DNA of 64,000 bases from an uncultured Chloroflexia bacterium (GTDB lineage: Bacteria; Chloroflexota; Anaerolineae; B4-G1; SLSP01), in NCBI GenBank assembly GCA_963751345.1, contig CAVVUS010000014.1, forward strand, positions 64,001 through 128,000. The letters are read 5' to 3'. The position numbers and the translations under genes are program-made. Below are positions 32,501 through 40,996 of the stretch, piece after piece (within the stretch, counting starts at the first letter, position 1; each line of letters starts with the position of its first letter). The notes beneath the pieces are model-generated. The model was not told the DNA's origin. It ran no database searches and saw nothing but the letters and a program-made list of their open reading frames with translations.

Positions 32501-32745
32501 ACCACCCTGCGCTGCCCACCGATCTCAAAGATACCCCGCTCGTCCGGCTGGGGCAGGTCAAAGGCCACGTCCAGTGCGTCGTCGTGTGCCCCCAAGGTAA
32601 CCGCCACCCGGCATTCGTAGACACCGGTCGACTCGACGGCATAGCTGAGCAGCGGCAGCCGCTCGGCAAGCAGCGCCGGCAGCCGCTCATTCAGGAACGT
32701 ATCGTATGAAGCTTTGTGCCAGGGTGTCGACACATCAATCGTCAT
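29596..32745 (-). CDS. Miniature fused RNA polymerase beta-beta'-like protein (~1050 aa; frameshifts near 32378, 31405 and 31298)
   Basis: In order: GIFEIGGQRRVV, IRCVGEQL, DETN...THLRR, VCPFEVPEGSNMG, IPLLEHDDPNRILMGANMLRQ, YEDAIVVSE, GDKMSNRHGTKGV, RMNFGQ, GQRTGEME (beta blocks); then LYRAVVEANDRV, NRAPTL, DADFDGDQ, GLTPEELF..GARRGL, AGEVDPL (beta' blocks). Confidence 0.9.
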
Positions 32746-33362
32746 CGTATTCCTCCTCCCTTATCCCCATCTTCTTCCCACTCACGTGCCAACTGTGCCC
32801 GGGCATAATGCAATCGCGACTTTACCGTCCCCTCGGGAATGTCCAGCGCGTCCGCCGCCTCCCCGAGACTCATCTCCAACTCGTAGACGAGCCGGAAAAC
32901 CCGACGCTTCTCCTCCGACAGCTTGTTGACGAGCTGGCGATACCTCGCGCGCTCCTCCGCCTGCTCGACGGCGGCCTCCGGCCCGAGAGAACCGGCATCC
33001 ACCATCCAGGCGGGCACGCGATTGTCGGCGTCGTCATCATCGTCGACGTCCGGGGGGATCTCCAACGGAAGCTCCCGCCGCCGCTGTACCGTGCGGAGAT
33101 GGTTGAGCGCCAGATTGGTCGCGATCCGGTAGAGCCACGCCTTGAACGTGCCCTCCCCCTGCCATTGGTCGGCCCGCATCCACACCCGCAGGAAAGTCTC
33201 CTGCACCACGTCGTATGCTGCAGCTTCATCGTGAACGATGTGGAGAAGGTAAAACCGCAGCGACGTAGCATAGCGATCGACAAGCACCTCGAACGCGTGC
33301 GAGTCGCGATCGAGAATGCTAGTCACCAGGTCACTGTCGGGTACGGGCGACGCGTCTTGCAT
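32742..33362 (-). CDS. ECF-type RNA polymerase sigma factor
   Basis: Region 2 DVVQETFLRVW..FKAWLYRIATN; region 4 EAADALDIPEGTVKSRLHYAR; the stop overlaps the next ATG (ATGA at 32745-32742). Confidence 0.93.
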   Translation of the reverse strand: MQDASPVPDSDLVTSILDRDSHAFEVLVDRYATSLRFYLLHIVHDEAAAYDVVQETFLRVWMRADQWQGEGTFKAWLYRIATNLALNHLRTVQRRRELPLEIPPDVDDDDDADNRVPAWMVDAGSLGPEAAVEQAEERARYRQLVNKLSEEKRRVFRLVYELEMSLGEAADALDIPEGTVKSRLHYARAQLAREWEEDGDKGGGIR

Positions 33363-33378
33363 GATGCCTCTACTATAC

Positions 33379-33405
33379 AAGACACCGCTGGGCGCAGGAA
33401 AGTTC
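33379..33405 (-). promoter_or_regulatory. ECF-type promoter GAACTT-N16-GTCTT upstream of the sigma gene
   Basis: Minus strand reads GAACTT tcctgcgcccagcggt GTCTT, 16 nt before the ATG. Confidence 0.65.
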
Positions 33406-33459
33406 ACTACCACTTGTGTCTCTTCCCAGACGGACTAGGATAAGCACCGAGAGGCGACC

Positions 33460-34974
33460 ATGAGTGAAAACGACCCGGCAAAGCCGGACACACATCCCAA
33501 CATCATCCTGATCATGACCGACCAGCAGCGCTTCGACACCATTGGTGCGTGGGGCTATGAGCATATGATCACGCCGGCGATTGACCGAATCGCGCGGAAC
33601 GGCGTCTCCTTCAGCCAAGCCTACGCCCCTGGGGCTACATGCGTCGCGTCGCGGGCCGCAATGTTCACCGGGATGTGGCCCCACACCACCGGGGTCTACA
33701 GCTTTGACCCGTGGGCCGACCACCGCAACTGGGTTCAAGATCTGAATGACGCAGGGTACTGGTGCGCGAGCATCGGCAAGATGCACTTCAGTCCACGCGA
33801 TGTGCCGGGTGGCTTTCACGAGCGGGTGATCGTAGAGAACCCCACGAACCTGACCCTGGCCAACGGGGGGGCTGACGATGATTGGGGCCGTTACCTGAGC
33901 CTGTACGGGCTCGAGCGCCCCAACGCCCGCAACCGGTCTGACCCCGACTGGCTCGCCAAGCATCAAGGCGTCCCCTGGCATCTCGAGGAACGCTTCCACA
34001 GCGATGTCTTCATCGGCAACTCCGCGGTGGCCTGGATCAATGGCCACCGCGGCGAGCGCCCGCTCTTTCTGCAAGTAGGCTTTACAGGGCCGCACGAGCC
34101 ATGGGATCCGCTGCCACGCCACTTTGCGCTCTACGAGGGTCGCGAGCTTCCCCCCGCGGTGTGGCGCGAAGGCGAACTCGGCGAGAAGCCGCCACAGCAA
34201 GCGCGTATCAAGGAGTTCCACGCGACCACGTGGCACGAGTCGCAGATCTCGCTCGATGGCGCCTCGCCCGAAGCTATCGCCGAAATGCGGCGCCACTACT
34301 ATGCCAAGATCACGACTGTCGACGAGCAGATCGGGCGGGTGCTGGACGCATTGGAAACTCGGGGTTACCTCGACGACAGCCTGGTCGTCTTCTGCTCCGA
34401 CCACGGCGAGATGCTGGGCGATCACAAAATGGCCTACAAATGGCTGATGTACGATCCTATCGTTCACGTACCGCTGATCATCTGGGATAATCGATCCGCT
34501 GCACGGACGGGCGAGGTGCACGATCTGGTATCGCTTCTGGACATTGGCCCCACCGTGTTACAGGCCGCCGGCATCGATGTCCCCACCTACTTTGAGGGGC
34601 GCTCTCTGCTTCCGTACTTAGAGGGCGATCCAGCCGAGCCGCATCCCTACATTTTCTGCGAGGACAACTACCAGGTGATGATGCGCGGCGCGAACCACAA
34701 ACTCGTCTATTACATTGGCCAGGAAGAGGGCGAGCTTTACGATCTGCAGGAAGATCCCTACGAGCTGACCAACCTGTGGGACGATCCTACGTACGAAGCC
34801 ACCAAGACCGGCCTGCTTCACGATCTGCTCGACTGGTTGACCAGTAGCGTCTACTGGAACGCCGGCTACCGGCGCACACGTTCCCGCCATACGCAAATGC
34901 GTTGGCCGGCCCGCGGCGATGCCAACTTGCACGGTCGTTCTTCAGCGGATAATGGGCACACGGAGCGATGGTGA
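33460..34974 (+). CDS. Formylglycine-dependent sulfatase
   Basis: PNIILIMTDQQR, CVASRAAMFTG, GKMH, SDHGEMLGDH, ELYDLQEDPYE. Confidence 0.9.
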   Translation: MSENDPAKPDTHPNIILIMTDQQRFDTIGAWGYEHMITPAIDRIARNGVSFSQAYAPGATCVASRAAMFTGMWPHTTGVYSFDPWADHRNWVQDLNDAGYWCASIGKMHFSPRDVPGGFHERVIVENPTNLTLANGGADDDWGRYLSLYGLERPNARNRSDPDWLAKHQGVPWHLEERFHSDVFIGNSAVAWINGHRGERPLFLQVGFTGPHEPWDPLPRHFALYEGRELPPAVWREGELGEKPPQQARIKEFHATTWHESQISLDGASPEAIAEMRRHYYAKITTVDEQIGRVLDALETRGYLDDSLVVFCSDHGEMLGDHKMAYKWLMYDPIVHVPLIIWDNRSAARTGEVHDLVSLLDIGPTVLQAAGIDVPTYFEGRSLLPYLEGDPAEPHPYIFCEDNYQVMMRGANHKLVYYIGQEEGELYDLQEDPYELTNLWDDPTYEATKTGLLHDLLDWLTSSVYWNAGYRRTRSRHTQMRWPARGDANLHGRSSADNGHTERW

Positions 34975-35040
34975 GGCCGCGCCACATCTCTCCGGTGTTC
35001 GCATCGGTTCAAGTCCACGCACCTATATAGGAGGCTAGCA

Positions 35041-37369
35041 ATGAGATACACTTATGACCGTCTGTCCGTATCCGACAACCGAGAGCCTGTCGACTACGTT
35101 GACACCAATATCGGCACGCTTTCGTACAAGACATGGTCGACCTCACCGGCCGTCCAGCTTCCCCATGGGATGATCGAGATCGACACCTACACGACGCCCG
35201 GCATCGGCGATAAGTATCTGGCAGACAAAATCTACGGTTTCACAACCGGGGCCTTCGCCCTGATGCCCACCGTCGGGAAGCCCGCGCTCTCGCCCGCTGA
35301 GAACGCCTCGGAGTACGATCACGATTTGGAGCTCGCTACGCCTTACCTCTACGCTGTGCTGTTGGAGGATAGTGGGATCGAGGTCGCGTACACCGCGAGC
35401 GAGCGGGCGGCCTACTTCCGCTTCGCCTTCCCGGAGACGGAGACCGGCAATGTCGTGGTCTACCTCGCAGGTGACGCCGAAGCGGCGTTCAACAACGATG
35501 GGAGTCTGACCGGCTCGCAGACCTTCTTCCGGACCAAGACGTACTTCCACATCGAGTTTGGCCAGGCTCCCGGCACGACACAGGTCACCGCGCTTGAGGA
35601 AGAGGCCGGGGCCGGTCGCGGCTGGCGCCGCCTTCGACCGTCGTTGGCCGCCATCGCGAGCTTCGGTGTGGCAGGGGGGAAGGAGGTTGAGGTCCGTGCA
35701 GGCATCTCCTTTATCAGCGCGGATCAGGCCCGCCGGAATCTGCACAGCGAGATCACGGGTTGGGACTTCGAGTTAACCAAGCGCCAGGCCCGCGAGAGCT
35801 GGAACACCGTGCTCCAGCGCATCCGAGTTGAAGGCGGCACGGAGGATCAGAAGACCAGCTTCTATACGGCGATGTATCGCGATCTGCAGCGCATGAAGAA
35901 CATCACCGAGGACGGCAAGTACTACAGTGGGTTCGATGGCGAGGTGCACGACGCCGGCGACCAGGATTTCTACAACGTCGATCAGCCCTGGGATACCTAT
36001 CGCTGTGCCCGCCCTCTGCAGTTCATCCTCGAACCCGAGCGCGTGAACGACATGCTGCAATCCTACACACGGATGGCCGAGCAGTTGGGCTGGATGCCGA
36101 TCACGCCTCACATCAGCGGCGAGCGCGCCACGATGGTCGGCCGGCACATCACGGCGATCATCACCGATGGATACAACAAGGGCTTCCGCGGCTTCGACCT
36201 GGAGACCGCTTACGCCGGCATGCGGGCGAGTGCGCTGGACAGAACCATCCTGCCCTGGGTAAAGGGGCCGGCGACAGAGCTCGATCGCGCTTACGACGAA
36301 CTCGGCTACTATCCCGCACTGCCCACCCGCGAGGATCAGAAGGTGGACGATCCTGACGAATGGCGGGCCAACGTCGAGAGGCATCATCATGTCAGAGATG
36401 CCGTACCAGATCACGTGGCTACCTGAGATCGGCGTAGACGAATGGGTGCCTGAGGTCGACCGCTGGCACCGGCGCCAATCAGTGTCGGTGACGCTGGAGA
36501 ACGGCTATGACGACTGGTGTCTTGCCCAGCTCGCCGAGGCCCTGGGCAAGGACGACGATGCCGAACACTTCATGTGGCGGGCCGCCGGCTACCGCAACCT
36601 CTTCAACCCGGCCATCGGCTTCATGGCGCCCAAGGACGCCGATGGCACCTGGGTCGAGCCGTACCATCCGATCCTGTCAGGCGGCTTCGCCGGTGAGGCT
36701 TTCTTCGCGGAGATGAATGGGTGGACCTACACGTTCCACGTCCAGCACGACGTCCAGGGCTTGATCGATCTGATGGGCTCGCGAGAGGCCTTCGTCGAGA
36801 AGCTGAACGCGCTCTTCACCGAGCAATACATCATGGACAAACCCGCTTTCTGGGGCCAATTCCCTGATGCATCGGGCCTGATCGGGCAGTACAGCCAGGG
36901 CAACGAGCCTAGCTTCCACGTGCCCTATCTCTACAACTACGCCGGCGCCCCGTGGCGGACACAGCGTCGCGTGCGGGATATCATGAAACTTTGGTATAAC
37001 GCGGGGCCGATGGGGCTCTGCGGCGACGATGACATCGGAGCGCTCTCGTCGTGGTACGTCTTCAGCGCGATGGGCTTCTACCCGACCTGCCCGGGACGCC
37101 CCACCTACGACCTCGGTAGCCCGCTCTTCGAGACAACGACCATCAGCATGCCGGAGGGCAAGACCTTCACGATCCACGCCAAGGGCGTGTCGGACCGCAA
37201 CAAGTACATCCAGTCCGCAACGCTCAACGGCGAGCCGTGGGATCGCCCGTGGCTGCGGCACAGCGACCTGGCCAACGGCGGCGTACTGGAACTGGTGATG
37301 GGCCCGCGCCCGAACAAGGAGTGGGGCAGCGATCCCTCCTCGGCGCCCCCGTCGATGTCGACGGACTAG
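35041..37369 (+). CDS. GH92 alpha-mannosidase family protein (frameshift near 36379)
   Basis: FYTAMY, WDTYR, SVTLE..YDDW, QGNEPSFH, GDDDIGALSSWYVFSAMGFYP across ORFs 35041-36426 and 36389-37369. Confidence 0.88.
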
Positions 37370-37381
37370 GTACGTCATAGA

Positions 37382-37427
37382 GATCTTCCAGGTTGCGCAC
37401 GCCGGCGGGTGCGCAACCTGGAAGGTC
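37382..37427. repeat. REP-like hairpin between convergent genes
   Basis: CTTCCAGGTTGCGCAC ... GTGCGCAACCTGGAAG. Confidence 0.6.
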
Positions 37428-37436
37428 ACAACGCCG

Positions 37437-37949
37437 CTACAACGTCCCGGCGTACTCGACCTCGTACGGCTTGACCTGGTCGATGACCCAGTCTCGCCGC
37501 AGCCGGATGAGCTGCTCGATGTGCCACTGGCCGTGGACGACCCAGGAGGCGAGCATATCGCCTGCACGGATGGGCGCGTCCCACGGCGCCTGGATACTCG
37601 TGTCCCAGTCCGGTGTGCCTAAGCCCTCAAGCCACGTAAGCGACGCCTGACGTTCAGCCAGGAAGTTCTGTAGAGACGACGCCACGTCCCGGGTGTTATA
37701 CGCCCGCTCGGTGATCCACTCGAAGGGCCGGATCGGGTGCCAACCTGCATCCGGCCGGTTGAGGATGTGATCCAGGTGTTCGCGGAAGTCCTCGCGCTCC
37801 TCATCGTAGAGGTGATTGATCACCTCCAGAATTGACCACCGGTCGGGCGCAGGTTTCCATCGTGCCTGCGCGTCGGAGACGTCGGAGACCAGGTTGGCGA
37901 TCAGGTCCGCCTGCGTCGCCATCACCCGCTTCAGATACTCGAAGTCCAT
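37437..37949 (-). CDS. DinB family protein
   Basis: WSILEVINHL and H...H (HGQWH) metal-site motifs. Confidence 0.85.
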   Translation of the reverse strand: MDFEYLKRVMATQADLIANLVSDVSDAQARWKPAPDRWSILEVINHLYDEEREDFREHLDHILNRPDAGWHPIRPFEWITERAYNTRDVASSLQNFLAERQASLTWLEGLGTPDWDTSIQAPWDAPIRAGDMLASWVVHGQWHIEQLIRLRRDWVIDQVKPYEVEYAGTL

Positions 37950-37991
37950 CGCACCGCCCCCTCTCTTGCATTTCGCCTTCCAGGCATCGAG

Positions 37992-38048
37992 TCAGGCACC
38001 CTTCCTCGCCCGCTCGCTCAATGCCGCCAACAACGGGTCGGCGTCCTC
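37992..38048 (-). pseudogene. Degenerate duplicate of the 3' end of the PIG-L gene
   Basis: EDADPLLAALSERARKGA* versus [19 protein letters not shown] at 38168-38227. Confidence 0.55.
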
Positions 38049-38110
38049 GGTTCCAGAAATGCTCGCCAAACGCTGCAGAGAGACGGGTCTGCATCCGCCG
38101 TAGGTGAGGA

Positions 38111-38162
38111 AGACCTTTGGGGTTTCCGGCCCGAGCAGACTCGGGCTTTGCCCCAAAGGTCT
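38111..38162. repeat. Nested REP-like hairpin
   Basis: AGACCTTTGGGG ... CCCCAAAGGTCT with inner GCCCGAG..CTCGGGC. Confidence 0.55.
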
Positions 38163-38167
38163 CAGAG

Positions 38168-38941
38168 CTAGGAAGTGCCCTTCCAGACATACTCGCCCAA
38201 TGCCGCCGACAGCGGGTCGGCGTCCTCCGCGCAGAACCCGAAGTGTAGCCGGCGGCGCCAACCCTCGGCATAGGTGAAGCGGCCCGACATCTCACCTACC
38301 TGGTGGCTCAGGACCTCCATCATATCGAGATAGGAGTCCATCCCCTGGCTCTCGTCCAACCACACTTTCTGGCTCTGGTGGTGCGCCAACATCGCCCGCT
38401 TGGTAGGCAGCACGCCGGTGATGTCGACGAAGATCCCCGGGACGATCGGCTGACCCAGCGGATCGCAGTTGCCGTGAGGTTGAGCGTGGTAGACCGTGAC
38501 CTCTTGGTCAACCGGCGGCACCGGCGGATTGGTGGGGTAGTTAGGCATACCACGCGCGAATGCCGCCGTCACCGCCAGCCGTGCCGCATTCTGGTGATCC
38601 TCCATGTAGTCAACGGGCGATAGCACCAGCAGGATCTCGGGTGCCACCTCGCGCATCACCGCAGCCAGGCGCGCCAGCGTCGCCGGCTCATAGAAGATAG
38701 CCATATCCTCCACAAGGCTATCGTGATGGATCGCCCCGATGAAGGCCGCCGCCGCTCTCGATTCCTCGCGCCGGACGCGGATGATCTCCTCGCGACTATG
38801 GTGCAGCGTTCCGCAGGAGCCGTTGGCGATCGTCATCGTGTGCAGCTCATAGCCCGCCCGTCCTAGAAGGATGAGGGTACCGGCCATGAAAAACTCGATA
38901 TCGTCAGGGTGCGCGGAGACCGCGAAAGCGCGTTTGACCAT
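38168..38941 (-). CDS. PIG-L/LmbE family N-deacetylase
   Basis: AHPDDIE, RREE, DYMEDH, HQSQ. Confidence 0.88.
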   Translation of the reverse strand: MVKRAFAVSAHPDDIEFFMAGTLILLGRAGYELHTMTIANGSCGTLHHSREEIIRVRREESRAAAAFIGAIHHDSLVEDMAIFYEPATLARLAAVMREVAPEILLVLSPVDYMEDHQNAARLAVTAAFARGMPNYPTNPPVPPVDQEVTVYHAQPHGNCDPLGQPIVPGIFVDITGVLPTKRAMLAHHQSQKVWLDESQGMDSYLDMMEVLSHQVGEMSGRFTYAEGWRRRLHFGFCAEDADPLSAALGEYVWKGTS

Positions 38942-39869
38942 CAGTGCATCTCCGCTTCGCAGGAGCCGATGCCGCCCCGGAGGAAGTTGAACTGGACGTT
39001 CGGGTGATCCGCCAATAACGACATCGGGCACCGCGCTGTCGGGCAGCCGCTTGCCAGATCATCAGCGTCGTGAGGCGCATGCCGAAGGGGTTGTCGTGCG
39101 TCCCGGCCTGCCAGATCGAGACCTTCTCCGCCTTCCAGGTCTCCGCAGGGCCGACCGTGAGCGCCTGGCTCGGCACGTTCTGCACCACGCCGCCGCCCGA
39201 GGTGCGGGCATTCTGGATCAGCGTGATGGGGTGCAGGTCGACGACGCGGGTCTCCAGCTTGCGATATTCGGCAGGAGTGGGCGGGCGGTCAACGTACGGC
39301 CCCTCACGGCGCAGCGGATCGTTAAAGGCCCAGTGCTTGACCTCGCCCTGCCCGCCCTGCATCACGACGCAGCGCGCCGCATCCCAACTCGCCTTGTACT
39401 CGGCGAGATCGACGGCAGGGAAGTGCAGGTTCTCCGCAGGCATCCGCAGATCGGGCCGGATACGATCGAAGCAGAGCGCCATATCGGCACGGCGGAAACT
39501 GAGGGGGTGATCGATCGTGACTTCCTTGCCGTCGACGACCCACTCATCCATGCCCCAGAAGTGCGCGTAACGCAGGTCGAGCTCCAGCGCATTGACCAGC
39601 CGCGCGACCAGCGGCAACTGCTCTGTCGGCCCGATCGGGCCACAGATACCCGCGGGCGTCTCGTCGGTCGCCTGTCGCCAGGCATCGATGTACTCCAGTG
39701 CCTCGGCGAGGTAGAAGTCCTCCAACGTGTCGTAGAAAACCACGCGGAATCCGGGCCGGCTCAACGCCAGCATATCCTCCGGCGTCAGCCTGGCAGCGTC
39801 GTCCAGGATCTCCCGATCCAGCGTCGTGTAGTCCCACCAATCCGGCGCCACTTTGCTCAAGGGTCGCAT
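38941..39869 (-). CDS. Glucosamine-6-phosphate deaminase/isomerase-like protein (two 1-nt indels near the 3' end)
   Basis: [26 protein letters not shown]; corrected end [23 protein letters not shown]...EMH* overlaps the next ATG. Confidence 0.8.
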
Positions 39870-39892
39870 CTGTGCCTCCTCTCGCGGAAAAG

Positions 39893-39995
39893 AGGATAGG
39901 GGATAAGGAAATAAGGGATAGGGGGGCTGGGTATTGTCCGGCCCATCCTGTCTCCCGTATCCCTTGGTTCCCTACTCCCTATCCCTCTCCTTACT
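39893..39995. repeat. Short degenerate tandem repeats in inverted arrangement
   Basis: GGATAGGGGATAAGGAAATAAGGGATAGG ... TATCCCTTGGTTCCCTACTCCCTATCC; resembles 2661-2727. Confidence 0.55.
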
Positions 39996-40971
39996 CCCGA
40001 TACACCGCCTCACGCAACCCCTTGATGTAGCCGATCGCGAACAGTCGCCCGATGCGGGTGTAGCCGGGGTGACCGTAGTCATCACCGGCCATCGTGGGCA
40101 CGTGGTCGGGGCGGCAGACGCCCTCGTAGCCGACGTCGCGATAGGCGCGCAGGCACTCCAGCATGTCGGTCTTGCCGTCGTCGTGGAACGTCTCGACGTA
40201 CTTCTCAGGCGTCCCGCGGACGTCGCGGAAGTGGACGAAGAAGACCTTGTCCTGACCACAGAAGTGGCGGATCGCGCCGGGCAGGTCGTCGGTCATCAGC
40301 GTGAAGTTTCCCTGGCAGAGCGCGATGCCGTTGACCGGGCTGGGGACGATGTCGAGCAGCTTCTGGTAGTTCTCGATGCTGCGCAGCACGCGCGCGAAGC
40401 CGCGAATCGGCGAGAGCGGCGGATCATCCGGATGCGCGGCCAGTTTGACGTTGTATTCCTCGGCCACGGGCACGACCTGCTCCAGGAAATACTGGAGGTT
40501 CGCCCAGATCTGGTCGTCGGAGAACACGCCATACTCGGTCAGCGGCGCGTCCTTCATCAGGTCGTGGTCGTACCCGGTCACGAGGGCGCCGCCGCGGGTT
40601 GGGATGGTGCTGGACGTGCGCAGCACGGTGACCCCCGCCATGAACTCATAGCACCAGACGGGGATCTCCAGCCGGCCCATGTTGCGGATGAACTCCTTGA
40701 TGACCTCGATCTCTTCGTCGCGTCCCGGAAGGCCCAGCTTGATCTTGTCCATCGGGGGCCGGCTCTCGATGACGGCCAACTCGAAGCCCGCGTTCGCATA
40801 CGCGGTCTTCATCCGCAGCAACGACATATAGCTCCACGGCTGCCACTCCGGATCGGCATCGGGGATAGGCTGCAGGCCAAACCCGCCGACCACGTAGTCG
40901 ACGCCGCACTGCTTGATAGGCAGCCAGAGTTCCTTCTGATCCGGATGAAATACCTCAGCGATCTTGATCAT
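39991..40971 (-). CDS. uxuA: Mannonate dehydratase
   Basis: VIES, VWCYEFM, HPDDPP, FVHFRDV, RPDHVP, FAIGYIKGL. Confidence 0.85.
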   Translation of the reverse strand: MIKIAEVFHPDQKELWLPIKQCGVDYVVGGFGLQPIPDADPEWQPWSYMSLLRMKTAYANAGFELAVIESRPPMDKIKLGLPGRDEEIEVIKEFIRNMGRLEIPVWCYEFMAGVTVLRTSSTIPTRGGALVTGYDHDLMKDAPLTEYGVFSDDQIWANLQYFLEQVVPVAEEYNVKLAAHPDDPPLSPIRGFARVLRSIENYQKLLDIVPSPVNGIALCQGNFTLMTDDLPGAIRHFCGQDKVFFVHFRDVRGTPEKYVETFHDDGKTDMLECLRAYRDVGYEGVCRPDHVPTMAGDDYGHPGYTRIGRLFAIGYIKGLREAVYRE

Positions 40972-40996
40972 GTCTCTCCTCTGTGAATCGATGTGA

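Noticed and set aside
29596-32745. Housekeeping rpoB/rpoC
   Set aside because: Well under half the expected combined length, highly diverged, and no rplKAJL or rpsL neighbours; no gene symbol assigned.
29596-33362. Prophage or mobile element carrying a phage RNA polymerase
   Set aside because: No integrase, structural genes or terminal repeats seen; the motifs track bacterial RpoB/RpoC.
37992-38261. 89-aa ORF as a real gene
   Set aside because: It overlaps the PIG-L gene out of frame and crosses a hairpin; only its tail is meaningful, as a duplicated remnant.
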